From contig NC_047019.1 in NCBI RefSeq assembly GCF_902652985.1, forward strand, positions 22,630,001 to 22,694,000: a stretch of 64,000 bases of DNA, in the 5' to 3' direction. The notes beneath the pieces are model-generated. The model was not told where the DNA came from. It saw only the letters and a list, made by a program, of their open reading frames with translations, and did no database searches. Below, piece after piece: positions 25,216-38,865 of this stretch; the stretch's first letter is position 1, and each line of letters starts with the position of its first letter. Both the position numbers and the translations under genes were made by a program. Origin of the DNA: Pecten maximus. Its lineage: Eukaryota.

Positions 25216-28200
25216 TCATACCTCGTTGGTGTAAGATATATAACTCCATCAGGTAACAAATGGATACTTTGTAGTGGTGATCTATATCTTCTGTTTTAAA
25301 TCTTTATTTCCATATATTTTACACAATCATCAATGAAGTATATTAAACGATTATTATTGCAATGTTACACCCCTTCGCGTAAAACGAACCTGGTGGCCAT
25401 AGTTATCATTTTACATCTTATTGTTTCAAATACATGTATATATATAACCTGGTGACTGTAAGAACTCAACTATTGTATTTATAGCCAATTCCTTTTTTCC
25501 CATTGGGGGTCCTATTATGTGTCACTCAAATTGCTATCTGAGTGTGTTTGACATGAGTATCAACCATTGATATCATTAAGGATTTTAACTAAATACACCA
25601 TTTCAAATACAATGAACGGAATCCATCTTAAAAGGTCAAGGATTCTTAGTAATACCCAACCACTTTATAGGCTTAGAAGTCATACTGTCAACTGTCAACC
25701 GCTAAGATCATTGGCTGGAGATAAGACTAACAACATCACGCCACTTTTACCTAGGGTTTTAAGATGTTAATAAAAAGGAATGTTTAACTACCTGTTGTGT
25801 CAGAAATAATAGCTATCTGAACTGCACGCTACAAATGAATGCGATACTAATTGCATTGAAATAAATGGAGTTAAGAATCTTAAGTAATAAAAAAAAGCTA
25901 TGTACCACAATTTAATGTTGATATATTTTATAGCATTCGCAATATAACGAAAATAAATACTTAATTCAAATGTCATAAATGTTAACACTAATCTACACAT
26001 TTAAACTGATGTTGAGCAACTACAGTACTCGCATATAGGCATTGAACATATATCGAAAATAATGTTTCTGTAATGACATTTGGTAAAATTGGTGTATTAC
26101 TTTACACAAGTGTATGGATTCTACTATTGTATTTTAATTTTCTTCAGTGTAATAATTATGGGATGACAACTTATCCATTGCAGTAGACGTGTAGTGCAAG
26201 GGATATGAAGAGATTTTTTTTTCAGCATTATCCTAAAGATATATTTACACATAAGGTTGGGATTAATTTTGACTAAAGGAGTAGGTAATATTTTCTATGT
26301 TTTCCTAATGATAGGAAATCTCCATGAAAAGAGTATGTCTTTATGATGAATCATTTTCTTCAGGATGTTGAAGATGAAGGTGACGGAGTTAACTCATTTA
26401 AACCAAAATTCTAAAGCTCCGGCTTGTAATTTCTATTAAAAATGTTATGTCTTTGTTTGTAAGTTGTCACACAAAGATTTCCTATACATCAAACAGGTGC
26501 CTTGTTGTTGACATCGAGTGATACTGAAGGCAGGAAAAACAATGCTGCGTTGATATGTTATCTTAACGAACTTGTACTTTTAATGTGGTAAATCCCTATG
26601 TGAAGATATACACGGATAACAACCTTAGCATCTATGTTTGGAATGTTGATGCATTTATATTTTGTCCAGTAACAGAACATTTTGCCAACTTATGCCACTG
26701 GAATTTCCGATTACAATCAACAAACTTCCCTGTCCCCGCATTCAAATTTTGTGTTTTATCGAATGCATGTTTGGTTGTCTTTGGTAATGGTCAGAATATT
26801 GCACTTTTTGTTTTTTGATTTTTAATTTCAATGTCGACCTTTTGTTTTCACAAGTACATGGGAAAATTAATATTCCTTGCTTCTAGTAAGTCTTGGTTTT
26901 ATTAGCCCCAGACTTTCTATCTCATATCGTCTCTACCCTAGCGGTATAACCTTGACATATAAAACTATGCTGATTTTCTAGTGTTCCTAATTAGGTCTAA
27001 TTAGGCCTTAATTAACTACAAATATAGTCACATCATTCCTGTGTCAACGAGTATCAAAATACTAAATTGGCGTTCGGCCGACCTACTGGTAGTATAATAT
27101 TTCACTGACTAATGGTCCTCCTACAGACGTGTACAGCTCACGTGTTCTTCTGACCATGTTTTATAGAGCATTCCTCTATACAGATAATTAATGAACTTAT
27201 ATAGAAAAACAATTTTACTGGTGTCACAATAGCACCCATTTGAAATCGTTTAGGTAAATTATTTTAAGCTCTTATGTGTTTAAAATACCAGCCCGTGTTA
27301 TTAATTTCATAACGATAAATTACATGCATTTACCTGTCATGATTTTATTATGGATATCTGTTTGCAAAAAGTGGCATATGGTCATGTTGAAAATTGTAAA
27401 ACAACGTCAAGAACTTAAAAAAAATCATTTTATCACCCAAGCACATGAACATGATTTTATAACATTCATGTATTTAATTAAAACCATATTATAAAGCAAT
27501 ACCATTTTGCGGTTTATCATATATTTATTAAATATGGGTATATCGAATTTGATACACTGACACCTGTTCCTGGTCACTACGGCGAGACTGGTCCAGTAAT
27601 ATTGCGTTTTGAATTTATCCGAAAATGTTCAGTATTTTATATTAGGAAGAATAACATTATTTTGATGAATAACTTCAATAGATTAAACTAATCGTTAATA
27701 TTGTCTTTGGAACATATATAATCAGTTGAGAGGTTAATATTGGCTCTAGAACTTATTACATCAGTTAAATGTATGTATTTTCGTATCAGAGATACATATC
27801 TTATTACATTAGATAACCATATGCGGTTGGTTTATCAAGAAGTATATTCTTATTTATTATTTTGGATATGATCAACCCGTTACTTAAATCATATTTATAT
27901 ACTCTTTGCATGTATGTCTGTTGTACATTTTTCAAGGTATAAAACTAACAAGAAACATACCAACTTGACATGTCGTTTGTTCCAAGTAGGTAGAAATACA
28001 ATACTCAGCAGGTACATGTAATATACTGGCAGTGTAAAGTTAGACATGCATTATCCTACTGTTTGACCGTCTAGGGGATATGTATTCTGTTGTACTGGTG
28101 TGGCTTCCTGGCGGGACGATCCCGCTGCTGGGGAGTAGGCAAACACTTAGTACGACTTCTACACTGACTCGTGTTATATTTAAACGGTACTGCCATATCA

Positions 28201-31200
28201 ACTCTTTATCGATTCCTGAAGTGGTGCAGACGAATCTTGACATAAAAGTCACGATTTCAGTTTTTATAATAGATACGTTAAAATAATAATATCGGATTTG
28301 ATCGCCGATTCCTGTTTGCAAATTACAGGCGAGCTATATTTGATGAAGTTCTTTCCTTGGGGTTGTTTAAACAATCGACTCAATCATCAAAAATAAAGAT
28401 TTCCAATATAATATCACCGAAGCTGATGTTTTAAAACGAGTTATGTACGCATGCATGAATAAACATTAATCAGTGATCGACAAATGTATATTAGTAAAAG
28501 TGTTGAAATAGATAGTGATTCTATTTGGTATGGATGGGTATTGCAAGATACACCTTTGTCGATATGTCTTGTTTGTATTGTAGAATTTCTGTTATGTAAT
28601 GCTGAGCTCTTAAGACAGGTCAGGAAAATGTCACTCGAACTCCAAATATAACAGGACAAATATACACCATAAATACATAAAAAAGTCGTAATTTGTTTTA
28701 AAACCCACAAATTATTATCCCTGATGTGACTCATTGTAGCTAAGTATGCTTTTAAACTACGAGGAGTTTATATTTAACTAGCGTATCTGTTAGATAGAAT
28801 TTGAGGAAAGAAAGCACTGTTTATCTATTATGTTTTAAATGCTTCTATCGATATTGCAAGACACGACTTTCCAAAATAAAAATTAGAAAAACAAAAACAA
28901 GACTTCAATTTCTTCAGCGTTCAACCGTTTCTATGGACGACTTTTACCATATCAATTTACTTCAGAAATATAGCCTTGTTTAAGTACAGACTAACTTCCC
29001 CCGGTGTTTCGATGGCTAATAAGCAAACATTTGGATTAGTGAGTGAACTTCCGGTTGCTATCAGTTTGGTGTATAAATGCGCGTTGATGTTCCCTTTCTG
29101 ACTAGAGGGCGTGTAGATACGTGATGCCCTCGGTATCAACAGTGTATTATCTAGCTGGGTTTTCCCTACACCTCGGGTGATGACCAGACGACCTCGCACG
29201 TTGTCGGGTATGCGTCTAGTACAGACGAAAACAGGGATGGCGTGATCATAGTCTTGTTCAAGTCCACATGATTTAGAAACAAAAAGCATAGCACTAAACT
29301 ATAAGTTTAATTATTGAATGTGTACAAAATCAACATGTCTCACTGGCCTTCTTCTGCGATAAAACTTTCGGTGACTACGGAATTTCAAAAGGCTACATTT
29401 CGAAGTAGCTTTGCAAAATGATATTATTATTGTTTGTAAATATACACTGTTTACATTAGAAAATGATAACACAACCCAAGACAGATTTTTAACTGAAAAG
29501 TTGACTATGAAACACTTTCTACGTAATGAAGTAAACGGAAATATTAAGATATATTTTCACTTTATTAGGCCAATTAGAATTATTGGAGACGGAAACAAGT
29601 TAGATATAAAGCGTTCATTGGAGACATTAAAAACGATTAGCTTGGTTAATATCTCATGGCGATACGGAAACAGGGATAGAAAAAGTGGACTGGCAGATGT
29701 GATTAATGTGACTTAATGAATATAATGCATGTATATATTCATACTGAGTATGCATATCAATGATCGATTGCTCATGTTACTTTTATTTGCTGTATTGCCA
29801 AAGCTGTTTGACATAATATTATATAATTGATATATCTGTCAATATTTTAAGTGGCTTGTTAAACTCTGTATATTGATATACTCGGTAGACGTAGTCGATG
29901 CAATATAACAGTTTTTCTTACGATAGAACAGGCTATTTGTGATGTACTTGACGACCCCTTCTCGGTCGTATTTTCTGTCTAGTCTTTGTTATATTTGTGA
30001 CATCAACAATATTATCTTTCATGAAACATACAAATAACCCACTCAAGTGCTATATTGTGTAGTTACGTACTAGGGAATAGGGCACACGACAAAACCGCAA
30101 TCCCGGACGTATAACGGTTCACCTGGTGAGAAAATGAAGAAATCTCTACAAAGAGCTCTTGAGGCGAGAACACTTCCAGTTATCTAATTGAAATGTAAAT
30201 ATATAAAAGTGACAGTTGAGGTCATCTGCTGATACACTGAATACACATTAACCCGGGGCCAAGGCGATATGTATTGGTTTAAAGTCAACAATTTAAAGTA
30301 AGAATCAAGATCAGTATCAGAGCTATAGGGGTCAGGTCGGTGTGGACATGCGCTGCAGGCTAATCCAGTTATCAGACTGACGCTGTTAGGAAAACTAATG
30401 GAACATCCAAGGAGTGTAGCATTTCCCATTGTTTCATTAAGGTTTTTATTCCATCATATCATATTGAAACAGGTTTAAAGTATCCAACATTGCATATCTG
30501 TCAAAATGCGTTCCTTTCATTTATCATGGTGTTTTATGCCTTTTTATCATATTAAAACAGGTTTGAAATATGAAGCATTATTTAATTTTATTGTGCGTTA
30601 TTGCACATTATTCTTCAGAAGCCATCAAATAAATTAACTTTTCTAGATAGGATGAGCTAAATTATAACTATACACAAAAAGAGGAACAGTGTTCGTTCTA
30701 CCTATCAATTACAACAGACATTTATTACAACATATAAACATTTTGTGGCTTGTTCATATCTCAACTAGCGTGTCCATAGGACATAAAACTAAAACCAACC
30801 AGCCATTCAATTTATTTTTCAATACCGTGTTATTAATATAAAAAATAAACCCTCAAATAATATATGTAGCTTATTTAAATCAAATTGATATGTCACGAGA
30901 TAAGAGACATTTTAAAATTTTCTTTGAATAAAAATCCCCAAATTGCAATGATTTTTTTATGTTTTACTGTTGATATGAAACACAACTCTATGGTTCGTGT
31001 TTCATGACGAACGTTGTACAGCATATATGAATATATTATACATGTGAATGTACAAAACTGTCTATTACCTTCCGATAAAAGTAAAGGATGAGCCACACGT
31101 GTTACCGTGGGCACTGTCAATCCTCGAAATCTAATCAAACGCTTTCTGATTCGAGCTAAAAACCAATTATCGCAAATCACATCTTCTTTGTATGACGCAC

Positions 31201-34200
31201 ATATCAGTTCCTTATAGCAATACATAGCTTATACATTTCCCACGAGATAAGAGTTAACAAGCATTATAATATCGCTAAGATTCTGAAATATAGTTTTATT
31301 TTGATATCAACCTCTCACTCAAAATTTTGAAATAACTTGCATGATTGTTTTATTGATATCATTCATCAGAAAGACTAGTACCCCCTGTTACAAAACTAAT
31401 ATTTCCTACAACAAACAAAATAAAGCAACAACAGTAATGCTAAGAATAGACATATTCTATCTACAAAAGACAAACAATATTAGTAATATTAGCACATTTT
31501 CAGTACATGTTGAGAGTAAGATACAAATGTACAATTAAGTTGAAATAAATTAGCTGCATTATACGGTTGTTTTGTCTTTCCGGGGCCTATGGTGATAGTA
31601 AAAAATGATTTGTACAACCTAATTGACGTTGTTGCCTAATTAGGTTGATATTTCCATTTATATCTAAACAAATCTGACCACATCCTGCACTGGTTATAAT
31701 TATTTTGTGTGTGTGTAGGTGTTGATTCAATTGTACAATACAATCGTTAATTCATCCGCAAACGAGACATTTACATAACCGAGAATTAATATGTGTCACT
31801 TTTTGTGTATTCTAATGGCGGTTTGCAAATTAGCATATGCACAAATGTAAATATTGACACTGTTGATACCTCATACAAACCCTGTTTTGTTTATAACAAT
31901 ACATATTGCTATTACAGGATTATCTCACCAGTCTATACATGGGAAAGAAGGTACATTTTTAATAGTCTCTGGGAAACTGTAGATCGATATTGCGACACCT
32001 GAAGTATTTTTTTATAATATATTGTATTTAATTGGACTACATAGCAAGAACATCTTAAAGAGGAATAGAACAAAATTTACTTTTCTTCGTAATTATATGA
32101 AATAGTCTTGTTTACCATGTCCTTTCTAAATAAAGAGATACAAAACCGACCACATGCTTTCCTGCAAGCAAGATTAAGATGTTAAGAGTACTTTCAAAAT
32201 AGAACCTATAAACGTCATTCTTTAATATTTTGGAGTAATTCAATTCAGAATTTGCATTTACATGATATTGATAATAACGGAAATCATAATCAAAACGTCC
32301 ATTGTATTATTTGGTAACCAGTGTGATCATTATGATAGAGGAACAAAACGAAACTTTCCAAAATATGTTTTCTTTGTTGTAAAGAACTACATGACCGAAA
32401 TCTGAAATGCATGTTTTATTTAACCAAACTCAACACCGGAAATGTCAGCAAGCGTTTTAATACTTTGTCTATTTGTTAGTTGATTAGTTCCAAATTAATA
32501 ATAGCAGCAGTTAGCAGCCTGTCGGGAAAATGTCAGTGATCTTCCTGTAAAGATGTCATTATTTGTAATAAAAAGCATTGTCGAACCCAATTCTTTTCAG
32601 AAAGTAAAATAAATCAAATATGTACTACAGTAACATTATTTCAGAACATACGTATTGCGTAATATAAACTCATCAATCACAATGTCCTTCTATAATATAC
32701 AGCTGACTACGCATAATGATCGTCATTGTTAGCATGCAATGGTGTAATACATATGAAAACTGTATGACTGACAGCTTACCGCAGCAGGGGAGAGTTTCAT
32801 TGAATTGTTTGCACCAAATACACCGACTATTTTTTTTACAATTTGACATATCTATGATTAAAAAGCTACCTCCACTTTCGTAAGCGTGTATTTAACAATG
32901 AATCATTGTGTGCCCTTAATTGTACACATACAAAAATCCATTAAAATGAAATATATAATGTGCGTTTTAATTAGCCCGATTGCATGGGGACGAAAAGTGA
33001 TTATATTTTTTTCTGTAATCGATTCACAAGCAACAAGTCTCTTCATCATCAAATGGTGTAATTCCTTATAAGGGGTGGTCAGCTATTGATATAAAACAAT
33101 GAAATGACCTAATTAAATTTCGTCAAAATATCGTATGCCTTTACCAAAGCCGCCAAGAAAGCAAATAATCTTTTCACAAAATGCATTTAGTCAATTCAGA
33201 TACTTGAAATATACTGCGGCATTTGACAGTTGATTCCATTAATGACCAATCATTGATAATCAATCAGCTTCGTTGAAAGAATATGTTTGTACGCTGTATT
33301 TCAACAAGGAAATAATTACTTAAAATGCAAAACTTGGAAATAAATATATATATGAATATACAATTTTTGAAACATACAATATATTTTTCTGTAATAAGTA
33401 AATCAATAACACCGGTGAAAAGCTACAGGTAACTTCACGGACTCATAAAATACCAGAAGCACACCTAGCATTACGTTGTTCGGTTAATCTCGAAATATTC
33501 CAGGTGTACTTTACATATGGGGTGGCGAGAGATGATTGATAGTCCACACAAAGTGTCAAATAAGATAATGTCATCAGGCTTCGTCGTGAGACTGATTATG
33601 TTGACGTCAAATGATTCCGCATTGTTTTAGCAAAGCCAACCTGTCTCCGTCAAAAGACGTAGAGATCAACATCAAATACGAAGTACACATCGTGTTGTAA
33701 AAAAAAACGCAGAAAAGATATCATTTCTTTGTGTTTAAAGTACATGTACGATATACTCGTGATCTATTGTTCTGATGTAAGAACAGTACTCATAGTCCGT
33801 AATGCCATTGATAATTTGCACAACACTTGATATCGTTAATCAGAAATTTGGATTGTTTTAAAGTTTTGTTAACCTTAGTCACCAAGATATACTACTTAAT
33901 TCAATGCGAATACATTTTATTCACACTTCTATTAGTCGAATGATATCATATTGATCGAAAACTACTTTATATGCAATACATTACAAAAAGTCAATGCGTA
34001 TCTCCTGATTGCCCATTGACAGCATATTTACCATATCGTGTCTTTTATCAGGACACCCAAAGACTTTCCGAATAACTCTGAACACCGACCATCTGTAAAC
34101 ATATCGAGCGGCAGAAGAGTTAACTCAGGACAAATTTGATTGCTATTGTTATATTGCTACTGTTCAACTCCAGTGACGGTAATCTTTTGTTACTATAGTT

Positions 34201-35966
34201 TGAACAATGATGACTTTCATTATGGAGACAAGTTGCTAAATAATGCCAATATAATCTATCACAGTGATAGTATACATTACAATACGAAATGTCCCTTTGC
34301 TCTTATGACTATTTTGTTATGCGATGCTTTGCATTACAGCCAAACTAATGTTTTCATTTTAAAGCCATGCGTTATTCACGTGAAAAAAAAATATATATCA
34401 TGGATACGAACCAAATCAATTAAGTGAACATTTGTGTTTTTTTCACTGTTATAATCGTAATTAATAAGATAGTAATAGTTGTTTTCCACCAACATATTAT
34501 TATAATTACCTTCCGATTTTAACCATACAAATCTCATAATTATCGCGTGGTATGCAGGACAAAAGAAAGTTTTATACGTTTTTTCATTAAATATTATAAA
34601 GTTATGTTAAAACAGACAATGTTTTGATGAAGAAATATCGTAGCTACTATGCGTTTAATATACTGTGTATTAAAATCATCATTAAGGCTTAGTGTGGATA
34701 CTAAGTCCATGGATGTATATCGTATAAATATTAGATTATTATCAGATATCAATCATATATGGATTGGAATAGTATTTATAATTGAGATGAACATTATGCA
34801 AATGTGCATGTAGATACATGTATATATATCGTAATTTCATATTGTCATTTCATATTGTATCAGATAACAGTCAAATTTTGATTATATTTATGAGAGCATG
34901 GATATATTTTACCGTGAATTATCAAGGCAATATTTAACGTTTCTCTGCAGTCTCATTAGCACAATTGCCATTCAGCTTGTTTCTTACTTAGTCAAATTGT
35001 CTTATTAGATGCAGATGTTTAAGTCAAACCCTTAATTCAATTTTGCCCTTAGAATTTAAACCAAATTAGAAGCAGACATGTGTATGCATGTCTAGTTGAA
35101 TTTTCTATTGGTTAATTTACACTTAAATGATTTACTATAAGTGTAAATGGCTACTTAGTGAATAAAGGTTACGAGGACGAATACTTCCTCAGGATTTACA
35201 GTGTGTGGTCAAGGAGAAAGGAAAGTCCATTCTGATCCAAACTAGTTTTAAAAAGTCATTGTTAGCTCTATTTCATATATCAGAAAAGGAAAATATACAT
35301 TTTTCAGTATCTTTTATTATCTTCGTAACAAATATAACAAGTAACAATATTCTTTCAGTCGCGAGGACTGTTGTCTATAACAAGTACATATAAAAAGTCC
35401 AATATGTATACATTAATATACTTAACCATTCCCATGTGTTTTACCACATATGTCAGATTCACAATAGTTAATGTATTCATACACTATGTATCATCTTTAG
35501 CGTCAACAATGTGAAATCGAATGTCAAAACGTACATTCCCTGTTTCGCTACCCTCATGTACCGTGTTTGCTAACGCCAACACTTGTCTTCAACTTGGTAT
35601 CAACTAAATGAATATGATAATATAATGTCATTTTCTCTGAGAGCGCATTCATGCACATATATTCACCATGGAACACAAGTAAACTTTTGGCAGAGTTCGG
35701 CAAAATGTTGTCCTCACCAGGCAGTTTTTGGACAATCATAATTTACATAGCATCTTTTGTTACAAGATGAACTGCGAATTGTTCATTGTGTAGATTGTAT
35801 ATCGCAGGAAGCTTCACAGAAGATGTCTGTGTTGAATAATTTGACTTCATCCTGTTCATTCCGGTAGACACATCTATACATTTTGGGAACAAATAAGTTC
35901 AGTGTTACACGTTGTTCCATTTTCGAGCATTGGTGTTGTGGGTCCAATCTTTGATAAGAGCCATTA

Positions 35967-36813
35967 TCAATGGTTATGCGTATTTCCAAACAAACTGTCA
36001 TCACTGTCGGAGTCCAGCGAACTCAAATCCTCTGTTGAGCTTGATGATCCTGCAAAATTAACAATAGCAAAAATAATTATTGATACCATAGTGTATTTGT
36101 ATTTGATCAAGAAATAATCAATCAACATGTATTCAATTTTGTCACATATTTATAAGTTAATTTGATTGATGCGTTTATGGAGTAGATATGTCATTCTAGA
36201 TGATAATATTTTAAGTAAATTGATATAACTCTTAATAAACAGTTACACAAATTACCTTCAATGCTGGAGAAGGATCCACTGAGGTGTCTAGATATGCTAA
36301 ACTGATTCTTTCGTTTGGAGATGGACTCATCAATATTCACAAAACTCATGCGCCCGTTGACCAGAGCCAGTTTCTTCCTGAGAGGTTTTTCAGAATTCTT
36401 GTGCCGTTTGGTCAGTGTTTGGATGTTGTTGTTAATGTTCATAAGCTGCTTCATCAACTGGACATCTTGTTGTCTCAGGTCAAGCTTCAATTGATAAAAT
36501 ATTGAAATGATAATTGAGTACATTCTGATCACGATCTCTCGTCCATAATCGCATGCTTAATATACAACTTGACTATATTTACTCCCCATCCCCTGTTAAC
36601 ATTTCAAACAAATATTTTGCTGTAGACATCAGTCATTATTTTATGCTGAAGACAAAGAATTAGAAACATTTTAATGATGCAACTACAAATAAAATACTTT
36701 TATTTCATGAATATATGAAAAAAAATAATTACCATTTCGCTTCTGAGTGTTGCAAGAGCGCTGGTGATTCTGTCGGTAGTGGCGATGTTAAAGGCTGTCT
36801 GTGCAGATTCCAT
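35967..36813 (-). CDS. LURAP1/FAM89-like protein, copy 2, 130 aa. Exons 36813-36733, 36484-36256, 36049-35967
   Basis: MESAQTAFNIATTDRITSALATLRSEM|LDLRQQDVQLMKQLMNINNNIQ...SIE|GSSSSTEDLSSLDSDSDDSLFGNTHNH*. Same intron positions as copy 1; TATA at 36899-36906. Confidence 0.85.
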
Positions 36814-38292
36814 GATAATATCCTGACTGTTTGAAAACTATCTGATTCGTATTCTGTGATGTCTAGGCGAGAACTGATCAGACTGGGATTGTCATTCATT
36901 TATATACCAGCTCCTCGTGTCTGTATGGGGTAGTAGAATCACTGCGGACGAATGAATACCAAACCACAGAGCACCTGGACCGAGGACACACGCCACCGGA
37001 GAGATATCATTTACCCGTATGACGTATAAGGCATGTGTTAAGTGATTCAAATTCAGGCCATGAGATGGTGTTTGATATATTTACTATAAACCGCTGGTTC
37101 TACCACATACAAATCTAGCGAGGTATGAGGCATATGAGATTAAACCGCCCTCCTATCGACGTTTGACAATGTACGTTTTTTAGTAGTTTCATTAATGAAG
37201 CAGAAACTCCTATTTAAAGTCTCAAAGATATACATTTTTCAGAACGAAAAGACTTTTCACAAAAGTAATAATAACGAAAAAAACTATTTGCATTATAATG
37301 ATCATTAACCTAAATTCGAGTTTAATAATTCATTTCTCATAATGAAAATTCGAAATTGCACTACTCGATACGGACAGTTGACACATCTGCTTTGCAACTC
37401 TTTAGAAGTGTCGCTTCGGATATCTTATGATATTCGTATTAATACGATATTCGTAACCATGAAAAAGCAGACATGAAAAGGGAGGGGGGGATATCGAGTT
37501 TTAGTGCAGAGATCATAAGAATATTTTTCTTTGGTAGTTTTAGTGAACATTTATATTTTATACAAAGGAAATGTGTGAGGTTTGTAGGATTACAGTAAGT
37601 ATATTGAATATACATGTACTGGTATCTTTATCTTTTTCGGTGTGAATATGTAATGTACTTAACAAGCCCTGACTGTTTCACACCACCACGCACTATATAA
37701 TACCAATTCATATGAGAAGACAAAAAGTCAAATCGTCACAATGTTCCGTTAGAATGAAATCTATGTATTTATTTTGTAGAACGAAGACGTTCGTGTGTAT
37801 AGTGTACCATTGTTTAACAAAGTTGTATAGATAGAACTCTGTTGATAAGTAATAGTACATACATCACAATACACTTAAGCTTATCTGCAATAAACACGAT
37901 AACTTCTACGATGTTCAAATTGAATGTAATTGTGTTTTAAAGTACAAGAGTCGAGCACATCCCTGTGTCAAAATTCTTGTATATGTACCCTTAGACGGTG
38001 ATACATCTGAATGAATGCGTAAGTTTTGTTAGATTTACATAGCATAACATATCCTGGAATAAATCTGAGATGAAATTGTGTTTCATAAATAAAAAAGAAA
38101 AAAAATGAAACTTTAGGAATTCCATCAGTGTTTATCGTACTTAATTCCTTAGATCAACATCAATAAATGAAACTTAATTCTATAAGTAAAGGAATATTTT
38201 TTAATTCTTTTATATGAAAATTACAAACCGAAGCCGGTAATTATCAATGCATATATACAAATGCCATGAGTTACAATGTAGATAACTCGATG

Positions 38293-38865
38293 ATAAATAG
38301 AGGATATTGAATGGTTTCCCGTTTAATATAACATATATTTCATACGAGTGAAATATATGTTATATTTAATGGGAAACCATTCAATTTTCTTTTTATTGCA
38401 TTGCATATACTCAAAAACAAAATTAAAAACATCGAAAAATTACTAGTGTCAAAAATTGCGGGAATCTGTAATGACGTCATCTCTTTGTGACGTTACTCCA
38501 CCTCAACTTGACGGCGCCATTTTGAAAGGACTGATCAACGCAATGTAAGCGTTTATGCTGTTATCGAAGAATCTGTGCATGAAAAGCTAACGTCAAGTGA
38601 GTGTTTTGTCAGAAATACACAAATCTAAAACATGTCTATTTATCTCCGCTTCCCTGAAAACGCAAGTTTCCAACGAGTGAATCCAAAGGGCCCGCTCTGA
38701 GTGGTAAAAAAATGGAAACTTATATTTTATGCCAAATATATTTTCACTACAAAATTATGATTTTACTGACAATCTTTTTCTTTTTCACTGCTCATCACTG
38801 CAGTGAAAATATAAGTTTTATTAGTCTAATAAATTTCTATATTTCACTGGCAAAAATGCAATAAA
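38293..38865 (+). mobile_element. Non-autonomous element with a long 5' palindrome (Crypton-like)
   Basis: 37-bp inverted arms (38306-38342 / 38349-38385, 2 mismatches, 6-nt loop); ATAAA directly repeated at both ends. Related fragments at about 525-600, 57823-57845 and 57953-57987. Confidence 0.55.

Noticed and set aside
28980-29235. GC-richer segment with AGTACAGAC repeated and a CTCF-like CTAGAGGGCG
   Set aside because: Probably a repeat fragment; no ends, TSD or second copy in the window to support a call.
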